The notes under the pieces: model-generated | Database searches by the model: none | The model's input: the letters and a program-made list of their open reading frames with translations, nothing else | What the model was told of the DNA's origin: nothing | Assembly: GCF_009914755.1 (NCBI RefSeq) | Contig: NC_060929.1 | Reading direction: 5' to 3' (one strand) | DNA length: 64,000 nucleotides | Origin: the human T2T-CHM13v2.0 reference genome, Homo sapiens | In this document: piece by piece, positions 39,715-52,331 of the stretch | How the letters are laid out: each line of letters begins with the position of its first letter | Position numbering within the stretch: position 1 is the first letter of the stretch | Program-made: the position numbers and the translations under genes

Positions 39715-40640
39715 CAGGGAAATTTATAATTTTAGATATTTATATTTAGAAAAAATATGTTTGAGACAAATGTTCTAAATTTCTATCCTAGTAAGCTAGA
39801 GTAAAGAGCAAATTAAATCCAATGTATATAGAAGGAAGTAAATATTAATGACAAAACCAGAAATCAATGAAATAGTAAACAATTACTATAGAAAATTTTA
39901 AAAAGCCAAAAGTTGATTGCTTGAAAAGATTATTGAAATTTATAAAACCCTAGAAAGACTGATCATAAAATAACACAAATTACCAAAACCGCAAATGAAA
40001 GAGGAGACATCACTACAGGTTATATAGGCATTAAAATAATAATTTGAAAAATTATTGTATACCAATAAATTTGATGATTTAGATTAAGTGGACAACTTCT
40101 TAGAAATACACAAATAATAAAAAAAGACACCAGAGGAAACAGGCAATTGGAATACCCCTATGTCTTTAAAAGACATTGAATTCATGTCTCTCAACCAAAA
40201 GCAAAGTAACAACAAAAAACACCTGTTGGTCCAGAGGGTTTATCTGGTGTATTCTAGCAAGTGGTAAATCTTATACAAAATTTTTGGGAAAATAGAGAAA
40301 GAAGGATTTTATTTATTTTTGGGAAAATAGAGAATAAAGGAATATTTTCAGCCTTATTTTGTAAGGCTAGCATAACCCTGATATTAAAGCCTTACAAGAG
40401 TATTATAAGGAAAGAAAAAGATTATGTCATAAATACAGACAGAAAAATAACACATATCAACAAATAGAATCCAACAATATATAAAATGAGAAATATATCA
40501 TAATAAAGCAGGGTTTATTACAGGAATGGAAGTTTGATTTAACATTTGAAAAACAATCTGTATAGTTAGCCACAATTACAGAAATAAAGGAGAAGAAACC
40601 ATAATCGTCTCAATAAATGTATAAAAAGCATTTGATTTGA
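39715..40640 (+). mobile_element. L1M ORF2 fragment (post-endonuclease region)
   Basis: 'agaaatcaatgaaatag', 'aaagccaaaagttgattgcttgaaaagat', 'aggctagcataaccctgatattaaagcc'. Confidence 0.8.
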
Positions 40641-40849
40641 ATTTAGCAATTTAGTCAGACTCTCCTCACCTAAGGTTATATCCTTCTGTAAAGTCTTCAG
40701 TCTTCATTCTTTTTAGGGTATCTGGAATAAGGGATTTCATTATGGCTTAGAGACTCTCACATAGTAAGCATAGTGTTCTACATGACCACAGATCCACTTC
40801 CTCCAAAATAAGTCAATTACTTTAGTTTCTTAGTCTGTGCACTCAACAA

Positions 40850-42150
40850 ATACACATGGGGATAAACTCTATAAAGAAAATAAAAGAGTGATGAGAGGAG
40901 TTAATAACAGGAGAAGGTGTTATTTTGAGAGCAATAGGAATTCACTGAAGACTTTATTATGCAGAATGTTATGATGTGATTTGTATTTTTAAATGTTTAC
41001 TATGACCACTGGTGGAGAATAAATTGAAGGTGGTGTCAGGGTGGGTGGGTAAGCAAACAATGTAGCAGCAGGAAGACCACTTCGGAGGCTTTTTTGGTTG
41101 TCCAAGCAAGAGGTGATGGTGACTTGAATTAGAATTGTGCCAGTGAAATACAAAAAGGGTGGGCTGCTCCAAGATTTAGTTTCTAAGAAACAATAGATAC
41201 TGGTGATAAATTGGAGTGGATTAGAAAATAAATGGAGAAATCAACAATGACTTTGGTTTCAGCTTGACTCATAATGCCATTTGCTGTGATTGGGATGACT
41301 GAGGAGCCAATTGGCAGGGGGAGGGGGCCATGCATTTTAATTTCTTAGGACATGTTACTTTTTTTTTTAAATTTAAAGCTTCTGTTTACTAAAAGACACA
41401 TTAAAAGAAAATTAATAGACAAGCCATAGACTGGAGGTAATATTTATGAAACATATGTCTGACAGAGGACTTGAATCCAAAATATACAAAGAACTCCTAC
41501 AACTCAGTAACAAACAAAACAAACTATTGTAATTTTAAATAAGCAAAAATTCTTAATCTGTAATAATTCTCTGCTTCACTGATTCAAATAGTTTCAATTT
41601 AGTAGAGTAAATAGCTTTTTTTTAATTTTTTTTATTATTATTATACTTTAAGTTCTAGGGTACATGTGCACAACATGGAGATTTCTTACATATGTATACA
41701 TGTGCCGTGTTGGTGTGCTGCACCCATTAACTCATCATTTACATTAGGTATATCTCCTAATGCTATCCCTCCCCGCCGATGACAGGCCCCGGTGCATGAT
41801 GTTCCCCTTCCTGTGTAGGGCATGTTACTTTTTAAATGTCCGTGAGATATCCAAGTGGACATACTAAACAGGTAGTTTTTACAAATGTCTAAAATCAGAG
41901 ACAGAATTTTTGTAGTCACCATAACTTAGATGGTACTTAAAGAATTTAAAATGGATGTGATCACTATGGAGGAAATTAATAGAGGACAAAAGAAAACCCT
42001 GGACCAGAGGACACTAACATTTAAGAGTGTCAAGTAGAGGAAGCCAGTGAAGTTGAAAGAAAATTAGGAAAATACAGAGAAATAGAAGTTAAGAGACATT
42101 CAAAAAAAAGGCCTAGTCGACTAAGATAAATACTTCTAAGAAGTTTTCCT
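40850..42150 (-). mobile_element. L2 fragment interrupted at 41347-41833
   Basis: 'tccaagcaagaggtgatggtgacttgaa' ... 'ggacatgtta' | insert | 'gtccgtgagatatccaagtggaca'. Confidence 0.75.
41616..41816 (-). mobile_element. L1PA (about L1PA3-5) extreme 3' end, with transduced flank extending to 41359
   Basis: 'ttattatactttaagttctagggtacatgtgcacaac...gctgcacccattaactcatcatttacattaggtatatctcctaatgctatccctcccc'. Confidence 0.92.
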
Positions 42151-42214
42151 CTTCATGATCCACAATTTCACAAGATTGCAAAATATAATGGTATTTAGCA
42201 AATCATGGGTGTGA

Positions 42215-42420
42215 GGAACCTAATACATATTGAGTGTCCACTCTGTGCTTTGCATAAATCATTCCTATAGTAATTCCATAGGAAGTGGTTTGAGAATGAG
42301 AAACAGACTCCAAGAAGCTATGTAATTTGCTTAGGATCCTACTCTGCTAAGTTTCAGAGAATTCCAACCAAATCCTATCAAGCTAATCCTTTTCTTTAAA
42401 ACAAAGCATACTGCCCTTCT
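42215..42420 (-). mobile_element. MIR SINE
   Basis: 'atgagaaacagactccaagaagctatgtaatttgcttagg'. Confidence 0.6.
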
Positions 42421-42519
42421 AAATTGTATTTTACAATGCACTACTGTCAATTGATTGGTCAATTGTTTCTAGAGAAGGGAATACAGGGATAGATTTTAAC
42501 ATGCAATATAGTTCATTGT

Positions 42520-43190
42520 TTTAATTACAAATTAATGCATACTAGTCAAAGAGAAATGCAAATTACAATCACATTGTAATACCACTACACATTAACTAGA
42601 AGAGCTAAAATGAAAACAATAGAGAAGATCAAGTGTTGATAGAGATATAGAGCAACTGGAACTCTCTTAGGCTGATTGTAGAAAAGTACATTGTTATAAC
42701 CACTTAAGAGAACTATTTCCAGTGTATATTAAAGCTGAATGTCCACATGGTTTATGGCACAGCAATTCCATTCCTACCTATATGACCAACAAATATGAGT
42801 ACATATATTCACAAAGAAGGGTTCTATAATATTTATAACTACAGTATAACATAATATATTGGATATATCTTATAAACACAATGTTACATAAAAGAAGCTA
42901 GGCCCCAAAAATGTATACTATATGACATCATTTATTAAATATATTAAAAACAAGCAAAAGCATTCTATACTTTCAGAAATCATAGTAATAAGAGCTCTTG
43001 GAAGAATTAGTGTCTGGAAGGAAGAAAAAGAGAAATTCTGGGGTACTGATAATTCTATTTCTTGACCTGAGTGCTGGTTACATAGATTTGATTAATTTCT
43101 GAAAATGCATCATGCTGTACACATATGTGTGCTTTTCTGTATATATGTTATGTATGTAGTATGTACTTCATTCAAAATCTTTAAATATAA
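42520..43190 (+). mobile_element. L1ME-type 3' fragment
   Basis: 'gagaaatgcaaatta', 'gagcaactggaactctc', 'attctatttcttgacctgagtgctggttaca'. Confidence 0.75.
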
Positions 43191-43199
43191 AAAAGGCGA

Positions 43200-44110
43200 A
43201 GAAAATATGTATTCCCCCTAAGCTGTTAACTCAAAATTATTATGGTCAATATTTTACACTATGCTCTTTTATTCAATATTTATATATATTTGAATACACA
43301 TATTTTTTCTACAAAAATTGTATTGCACTATAGTCTCCACTTAATCTGATTCTTTCTTAGCAATATACTGTGACTATCTTCCCATGTCTGTATACAATGC
43401 TCTATTACTTATCGTTGGGACAATTCAATCTTGTGAATATAATTTACTTAACTAAACCCCTATTGTTGGGCATGAAGGTTGGCTCTAATTTGACCTTTTC
43501 TGTGAATTGTTATAATATGAATCATGGTACTCATCTCTACTTTTTTTAAATCTAGGAATGGAATTGCTGGTCAGGAAAAATGCAATTGTAAGCTTTTAAA
43601 AATCATCCTCCAAAAATAAAATTGTACCAAAAGTGTACTTCCATCAAATTTGATGGAAGGACCCATTACCCTTGCCAAGATTGGGGATTATGATTCTTGT
43701 TCATATTTTCCATTTGACTGGGACAAGTACATTATATATTTATTTTGTGTTTTTTATTACTGCAAGAGTTAAACATTGTTTTCATATGTGCATCAGCCAT
43801 TTATATTTCTTCTTTTGTGAATTTGATGTTCATATGCTTTATATACATTTAGAATATCAACTCTTTGTCCATTTTATATTTCAGATATGATTTCCCAGTT
43901 TATTGTTTGCTTGTTGGTTTCTTCATACCATTTTGAGGATACAGTCAAATCTATCACAATTTTCCTGTAAATCATTTATTTAACTATATTTTCTGAAGTG
44001 GTTTTTTTTTCATTTAAATTGTTATGTCTAGAATTTACCTTGGTATGTAAAGTAAGATTCTTTTTATTTTTCATTAACCATTTTTCTTCATTTATTGAAT
44101 AATACCTTCT
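43200..44110 (-). mobile_element. L1ME-type fragment
   Basis: 'cctattgttgggcat', 'ctaggaatggaattgctggtca', 'tttcatatgtgcatcagccatttatatttcttcttttgtgaatt'. Confidence 0.7.
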
Positions 44111-44929
44111 AAGATGAGTGTACTATAAAAAGCATTTGCTTTTTTCAAGGACCAAGGAACAGAAGTTTTAATAAAAGATTTTAGCAAATCCCAAAATTCA
44201 AAGAAGTGGGTCTCTATGAAGATTTAATATTTTATTCAACATACTTGAAACAAAATTTTGCTTATCAGCATTCTAAGTTGCTTACACACTTCTTAGTCCC
44301 TTTAAAGTCTTCATCTGTTTAGAATGTTAACTCTTTGTCTTCCAAGATATGCATCAAACTGTTTCAGCTGATCTCTGTTTTCCTGTTTGAGAAATAGTAA
44401 ATGATTGACAACATTGGTTGGATCTGAGTGTAGCTAAATTTGAACATGCCAAAAGCAAATATAAGAAGTCCTGTTGTTCATTTCCTTCACAAGTGGAATA
44501 TCAGCCATGTGCCAAGTATGGTGCTGGATGTTGGGAATACAGTGCTAAAGAAGGTGTGTTCCATCCTGCCCTCCCTGAGTTTTCACTTAGATAGGCACAC
44601 TGATACAGTGATTGAGTTTTATTTGTAGCTTTGTTATTACATGAGATCAGGTATATGATGTCCATATATATACACATATATCTATGAAGTACTTAGAACA
44701 AAGTATACAAACTGAATTTATAATGAATTACTTTGTAACATAATTAATATGTTGCCTATCAAACATTAATTGGACTTGGGAATATGTTTGTTTGAGTGTA
44801 GCCTTAAAAGTGATTATTATATGCAAAGCTTTTTAATTTGTTGCTTATGAACCGTGGTCACCAGCCCTTTCCTCATATCAATCAACATAACCACTGTTCT
44901 AGGCTTGGCTTCTTTATTGTTAGGTTGGT

Positions 44930-45410
44930 AATGGAGAAGAGGAAGAGGGGGAAGAGGAAAAGGGGAGACCTCATACTGGATGAGCATAAAAGAAGTTTTA
45001 TTAACTGCTGTAGATGAAAAGTTCATCATGGTCAAACTCATATACTCAAATAATGCCAGGAACCTATCTCTGTAGTTTGTAATCCCTGTTTTCTTTGCTC
45101 TTAGCTTTTCTTTCAGAGAAAACCTCACTACATGGTAGCAAAGGTGGCTACCAGCTGCTCCAGGATTGTAGCTTTCTAGTTTAGCCATCTTGCCAGGAAG
45201 TAAGAGCACCTCTCTCCTGCTCGCTCTGGGAAATGCCCAGTAGTTTCCCCATCCATCTCCCCGAACTAATCACAATGGCTAGAGAAAAGGAGAATGTTAC
45301 CCATGGGCAGGTGTGTGTCACATGTCCTTGACAAGGATTGAGAGTGGAAGTGATGATGTTTCTGTTGTCAGTTTCTGTTCCCAGAATGAGGAAGATGTGT
45401 GCAAGCAAAA
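44930..45410 (-). mobile_element. Old MaLR LTR (MLT1J/K-like)
   Basis: 'catggtagcaaaggtggctaccagctgctccagg', 'ccccgaactaatcacaatggctag'. Confidence 0.55.
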
Positions 45411-46644
45411 CAGATACTCTAGAAAATTCTGAATAGCTGACTTGGGCAATCTTGCTTCCCTGTCTCCCAACAAAAGAATGCTGCCTATGGTCAAAAATAA
45501 GAGCTCTCCTATAAAGGAATTTTAGAAAGGGACTTATTTTTAAGTGCTTCTTTTTAAAGAGCACTTCCTCCTTAGCTACTAACATTGGAAAACTTGTAAC
45601 ACTGTTTTCTTGCATTCATTTTGTTTTGCCATCTGCCATTGACTGTCACATTTCACAAGTTAAGAAACACGTTATTTCTTTGTTTATTTTGTCAGTCTTT
45701 GGTATTCTCTGGAGAGAAATTATATATCTGTGTTTCAGTGGAATAGATTTAATCTGTTTGTTTTATCTCTAGACTCACCTAACTCCTTGTCTTTCAGTCA
45801 AAGGTTTTCTTTTTTCTCACTTGGTGAACAGGTAAATTTATCTCAGATTCTGGAAAATACAGATTTCTAAGCATATCATGGTGAGGGCTGGAAAATACAG
45901 ATTCTTAAATATACTGTCTTGAGGACTTTCCCATGTAGAAAGAAGTTGGCTTAAAACTTTGTCTCTTGCTCCAATATTTTTTGGAAATTGCTGTCAATAC
46001 AATTATTCAACAACTCTAAAGGAGCCAAGACTTTATACTTTAGACTTTTCAATCATTCCCATTATCCCTTTTCTGCGGCTCCCTTTGTTAACTCTCCCAT
46101 ACATCAGACATCCACAGTCTTATAAATTATGTCATATATGTATATGTTGTACATCTGAGCTTGAGATTTGAGGCAAATCCTTAAAATGTTTGCCTTCCCT
46201 AGTAATTTGCCTGATGTTATGGGTTGCCTTCTGCTCAATAATGGGGATTGACTGAGGTATCCTGGTTATATTACAAAAGAGAAAAGCAGTTGACCAACTG
46301 GAAGCTTTACTAGATGTGTCAGTGATGTGTTTTCCCTGAAAACATTTGATTCCTATCATTTAAAGTCTAAGAAATATTTAGGTGCTGTTCATTAGGCTTA
46401 AGTTATGCTTATCTTCAAGTTGCCTAATTATTTATTTGCAGGTTATACTCTATGTATTGGACATCCTTCTCAGCCAACTACATATAAACATATTACATGG
46501 ATATATATTATGTTTAATATATAGCACATCATTAGACAAATTAGCACATACATTTCTTATCACTAATAATTAAATGCATTAGCACTTTTCACTAGCTGTC
46601 TTCAAATTATCTGGCTTCTTTCCCCCGTTTTCTTTTCTTCCAAA

Positions 46645-46895
46645 GCATCATTCTCCAAGTACATTCCATGGAGCACTAGTTCTGGAAGATGCTAATGAGT
46701 GTTACCAAAAAGAAGTTGGGGTTTCTCATTCAGTTATATTTGGAAAAGACTGGATGACATACATTAAGCCTTTATTATGTCAAGCACACATTGTTATCCT
46801 CCAGACAGGTGACTCTCTGTTTCCCACACCAATGGGAAAGTGAGGCAGGTCTGACAATCTCCTGAGACTAATAATCCACCAAATACAAATTGGAA
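46645..46895. mobile_element. hAT-Charlie relic (MER112/113-like)
   Basis: 'ccaagtacattccatggagcactagttc...tttggaaaagactgg...caaattggaa'. Confidence 0.45.
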
Positions 46896-47350
46896 GGTGC
46901 ATTTTTGAAGCTATATAACCAATGTCAACATTCCCGTGATTTAATCTTTCCATTCTTATCTCTTCTTCTTCTGGAAGGGCTAGGAGCTGCCCCTTCAGGA
47001 TTCACCAAAGGATATCATGCAGGCTATCAGTGGAGCAAACATTGAGTCCCCTGATTCATAACCTCATAGCTTCTTACCACGAAATTGCCTGTTTGGCTCC
47101 TATTAAATTCTCCTGGAATTCATCTAAAAGTACAAAATGATGAGGGCGTACTCTAGTGGGAAAGAATTTATGGGCTCTTTAAACCTCACTACCTATACAA
47201 TTAGATCTAACAGTAAATTGGAGCACTCTGGAGAAATCCAGTTCTTCTTTGTTTCACTTGTAAGTCATGGTCAAATGGAGTAACAAAATCAGTTATGATG
47301 TCTGCCAAAAATATGTAGTTATTAATCTCGTATTATGGTATGAGGTGTTT

Positions 47351-47390
47351 AGAATATTGGACAGGTGCTCAGAATATTGGATAGGTGCTC
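47351..47390. repeat. 20-bp tandem duplication with 1 mismatch
   Basis: agaatattggacaggtgctc / agaatattggataggtgctc. Confidence 0.92.
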
Positions 47391-47819
47391 ATATGCTCTG
47401 AGTTGAGACAGGTGTTGGAAAAAAGACAAAAATATGTAAGACAGGATTCCTGTCCTCAGGGGAAGATAAGACTAACACAAACAGTTGCTTGATACATAAG
47501 ATGGTATATTGTTAACAACAAAACTGAATACAGAGTAGGCTGTTGACATTCAAAAGGGACAAGTTCAGAGACCACTTGATCCCCCAGTATGTACAATTTT
47601 ATCACAAAATGCATGGGATGAAAACAACAACACTGAGTTGAAATGTGAATGCTGATGAGAACGTTCAGCTCATTCATCAGGTAAAATATTCATTCACAGG
47701 AGCCCTACTGATCTCCAGCTCAAAGTTTCTGCCTTGGTCAAATGGCCAGTACTTCTGAGTTGGACATTTTGGAAAACTAACAAGTGGTTAAACCAGAGTG
47801 TAAAATACATGAATGCTGT

Positions 47820-48658
47820 TGAAACGGGAAAAGTTCCCTTGTCCCACTTGCACGGCATGTGATGACAGCGTGGCTTGCTTCTTCAGTGCCCCGATGCTGG
47901 AACCTCTAGGGGAGCACACAGATGGCCAGGCTGTGGGGCTCCAATCCCACAGCAGTGTCTAGGGGTGAATGTTTACAGCTCCCGAAGCCCCAGTGGGCAT
48001 GTGTTACAGGGTGCTTTTTTGGTTTGCTGTCTATAGGCGACTTGTGTTAGTCAGCTCCATTAGACCCTCTACCTTGTCACAAGGACATGGAGCTTTCTGT
48101 ATCCCGGGTTCTTGCCTTGGTGTTCTGGAAGAATCGGATCACGTGTGGGCTTGGAGAATGAGTGCAAGGTTTCATTGAGTGGAAGTAGCTCTCAGCCAAT
48201 GGGAGAGCCAGAAGGGAGATGGTCTTCCCCTGAAGTTGGACCACTCGCCAGCCCCGGCTCTCCCCTGATAGCCTGGGCCAAACTCCGCTTTGTCCCGCCT
48301 GTCGATGACCTGCCAGTGTGACAGTGCCTGTTGGTGTGCTTTTCTTCCAGCATGCCCCTCTGGACTACCAACCACTTGCGTCTTCTTCCACCTATGTGTT
48401 TGTTCCTCACGATGTCCAGCCACTTGTGTGTTTGCCTGCTAGGGTGTCGGGTTTTTATAGGCACAGGGTGGGGGTGTGGCAGGCCAGGGTGGTCTTGGGA
48501 AATGCAATATTTGGGCAGAAAATGCCTGTCCTCACGTAGGTCCATTGGGGTGGAATCTTAGCCAGGGACCATGCCCTTTTCTACCTAGCACTTCCCTTCC
48601 CTGCTTCTGTATTATCTGAAGGGACCACACTCTTCCCTTCCCAGCCACTTCCATATCA
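47820..48658 (-). mobile_element. ERV1 solo LTR, LTR1-group
   Basis: 839-bp GC-richer block with TG...CA termini; minus strand starts 'tgatatggaagtggctgggaagggaagag', has TATA 'cctataaaaacc' and ends 'gggaacttttcccgtttca'; subfamily from memory. Confidence 0.8.
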
Positions 48659-49039
48659 CCAGCAGTCCACTGCAATCATGGCAATGTGTATCTTACGTAC
48701 AATAAATATTTTGAATAGCTCAGAATGGGAGATGGTCATTTGAGGGCAGAAGTACCTGGCTTAAATCATGAAGAATTGAAGTCAAAATGGACAATGAAAT
48801 ATTAGTAGAATTAGGAAATCAGAAGAAAGGTATTCTAGAATAGGATTGAAAGAAAATGGGGCAGGTCTGAGCTCTACCTTAGGCTACAGGCAGTACTTAG
48901 GAATGCACCTATGGTATTACAGTTAATCCATGTCCTCTTAAGCTGGAGCCCCTCCTCTGACCTCAGGCCAATTGTATATAGTCTTCTCCCCCATGACAGC
49001 TAATCTCCGTATCTTTGTGTCCCATTCATATTCTTCCCC

Positions 49040-49290
49040 TGGGTACAACGTCACCATATTGTGCAGATTGCATACTGCACAAGTATGTCCTATCTAAGGG
49101 AAGACAGTTCACATAATAGATGTCATAGATTGGTTAAATTATGACTTTTCTGCAGGTGGCAGTAAAGTATCCACTCCAAACCAAATCAATGTGTTATAGT
49201 CATTTTCTGATCTATGGAAATAAAGTGTCTTGAAAGAAGAGGTGTAATTTTCCAATTTGCACATGGTTACCGTAAGGGCAACTGGTAGTC
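49040..49290. mobile_element. hAT-Tip100 relic (MER91-like)
   Basis: 'tgtgcagattgcatactgcacaa', 'ggtggcagtaaagt', 'taaagtgtcttga..tttccaatttgcaca'. Confidence 0.5.
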
Positions 49291-52200
49291 TTCATTATGT
49301 TCTTGAATAGTCAGAAATATGGACATGTTAGGGAGGGAAAAGTAGCCTAGACTCTCCAGGCTTGTCAAAGAATATGAAGAAAAGGGAGAATAGCCCTTTG
49401 CTTTTATGGATGAGTTAAGACTATTTCCTAATTTTGTGTTTTTAGCAAAAAGGTTAAGAAGGTCAAGCAGCCTGTGTAATCATCTGTGCATAAATTTGTT
49501 TTTATATCACAGATAAATATCATGTATTATCTGATCCACTAACATTTTATATTGTGTAAATTGTGTCCAAATGTGCATCTTTTAAATTTAGTACAACTTT
49601 GGAATTCTTCTATTCTTTGCTTAGATGGTATGAAACTTCATAGTGAGACTGGCTTCTAAAGCTCAGCCTCATTTTCTTGCTTGCACACCTTTAAATGAGC
49701 TGTTACTGGTTACCTTTGCCTTATGCTAGTCAACTGTGTTCAGCATGGCACACAGATGCATTACATGTCCACTGAGCGGGGTCTAGGTCAGTTTTTCAAA
49801 AGATTTACTCAATGACCAATCTGACCAGTTATCAAGTCACTAAAAACTGCCAGTCAAATACCTTAGCCCAGGTTTACAAGAGCCACAGGCGTTTGGCAAA
49901 GCCAGCCAAAGGTCAGTGTAGTCTATGTTGTCCTGTTCCTTGGGGCCTCTGAATTTTCGGAAGAAAACTCCTTTTCTATTCTAAATTAAAGGCAGCGTGT
50001 ATGTTGTTAGTCTAGGTTTTATAAATATTAGGGTGGGATTCTCTTCCAAAACTTCTTTTGTGTGTAGTTTACTGAGTTTCCAACATCTCTTAGTTTGATA
50101 ATTTGTCAAGGTAGCTTGATTAAATGTGTATTTTGTGGAGTATCCAAACTTCAAAAGTCTCAACTATTCATGTACAAAATGACACATATGCCTTTTATGT
50201 GCAGATCTATGCTAATTTGCATCTATTTTAAAAATTTTCATGGCCTTGATTTCCAAATGGTGAGTGTATATGCATGCCAATTTCACCCATCTAGGACTTT
50301 CCCTAATTGTTGAAACTAAAACTTTGAAAAAACAAATCCTCAAAGACTAGAAATCATCTCATGCAATATGAATTCTGTAAACTTTATAATTTGACAAATT
50401 GGTTATTCCAAATTGCTCATTTAGCAAATTGGGGTTTTTTTTCCCATGAAGAACTTCCCAGAGAATTTTCCAGCCTCTGTGTCTCTATCCCAGAACACAC
50501 ATCCTAGTGCCTTCATATGAAAACAAGGCCCTTCCTGGTAAGAGCACTGCGATGTGAGATTGGAGGGGACAGCCACAACATGGGTCACTCCGTGTTTACT
50601 CTGTGGCTCACCACTCATGTGCCCAATGTCCTTGACACAATTCTAGTTTCTTTCCTGTGCTTTCCTTACGTCCCTTCTAGCATCAGCTACTTCCCAGGTG
50701 TTTCTCAGTTCTTGACAGTTTGAGGGATCCCTGCAGCGAGTTGCAGCACCTCTAATTCACTTCATAATGAAGCAGCTTGTTGTGGTGTTTTGTGTCCATT
50801 ACAATCTTTTATTGCTGGGTGTGCAAGGGCTAAGTTTTCTTTTGACTTTCTTTGTCTACATGGGAGTTTGCAACTGTAACAAAGTAACAAAGGAGTCCCA
50901 GCAAGCTTGTCTCAACACGAGCTAAAGAATTAATATGCAATAAAGACTCTGATGTCTGGTGGTACTGGAGTCATTCTCACTAATCTAGGATTCTGGCTAT
51001 TTCAGAGTCACCATGACTATTACCTATGGATTATCACTCTTCCAAGGCAGAGACAACTGTAATTTCTGGTAAAATTAGATTAAATAATTGCACCTTTTAT
51101 AGTCCAGAACATGCTTCAAGAGTTTATGAGGCTTCAAGGTCCTTTTTGCCACCATCAATTTTGAGTTTACCACAGATGTACAGAAATTGTCAAGAGAGAG
51201 TTTTTACTAGTAGGATATTGAGTGATAGAGATTTGCAATATGCAATTTTTCTAAAGGTATCTGATTCTTTAAAATCACTGGTCCATTTTGTTTGGGGGAA
51301 GGGCAATGATTAAGATAGAGCGAAAAGACAGATTTTCTGATTTTTCACAAGAGTATAAACATGATTACAGTTTCAAGGCCTTTGCTTTGCCTTATTGGGT
51401 CACGTTCATAAAGGTAGTTATTTTACCTGATAAATTTGGAGGTACTCCTATCTTCTGAAGGTAAAAAACAAACAAACAAAAAAAAACAACGCAGTCATCT
51501 TTCTGGAAGAAGAGTACATGTTTAAGGAAATACCTGAGATCCTCTGGAAGAAGCCCACACTGGGCAGCTCTTAAAAGTTAGACCTTAGATGACTTGACTC
51601 TTTCTAGAAACTGCACTTTCTCAACCATTGACAGAAACCTGGAGACCACTTCCCCACTCTTTGGGTGCAACTCCAGCAAAGCTCACTGTGCCTGGGTCTC
51701 TCAATGGGCATTCTAGGCTATGCTGGCTGTCAGAAATGGCTCGCAGAAAGTGGGGGGCGTGATTAGCTTTAAATGAAGTTCTAAGCCACTGGTACATGAA
51801 ATGAAACTTTTTTTTTCTCTCTCTCTCTCTTCTTCCCCTTCTTTAACCTGAGCTGCTGATGTAAGTGGCTCTAATTTACTTTCCCCGAGAAAACAAAGCA
51901 AAATAAAACAGGGAAAGGCAAAGAAGATCCGTTTGCGAAGTGTAGTGCTTCTGCTCCTGATAAAAGGGAGCCATTTGCTGCTTTCATGGTGTCAGTATTA
52001 ATTTCCAAGCAGTCAAAGTCACCGCTAATTTATTTACAGAACAATCTCCTTGCCCAGGAGCTGGGCTGGTGAGGCAGTGGTTTCCAGCCTCCAGCTTTGT
52101 TTGTTGACAGGCTGATTTCCCACAAGGCCGTTTCCACCTGTGTTTCTGTTGTTTTTAGTACGTGTCTCCCTTTCTTCTCCCCCGCCACCGCCTCCCCAAT

Positions 52201-52312
52201 GGCTGTTGAAGGCCCTTCTCATCTCCGGTCTCTCTCATCCCCTTCCTCCCTCCTGCCCCAAGGACTCCTGGCAGGCCTTTGCAGTCACGCTGCACTTAGA
52301 GTCTCTGCCGGT

Positions 52313-52331
52313 AAAGTCCCAGGGGGCGCTG
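52313..52331 (+). promoter_or_regulatory. Candidate CTCF motif
   Basis: AAAGTCCCAGGGGGCGCTG matches the CCAGGGGGCGC core but lacks the 5' CC of the consensus. Confidence 0.45.

Noticed and set aside
47969-48561. Dense overlapping ORFs on both strands
   Set aside because: They lie within a GC-richer LTR with few stop codons; no gag/pol/env motifs.
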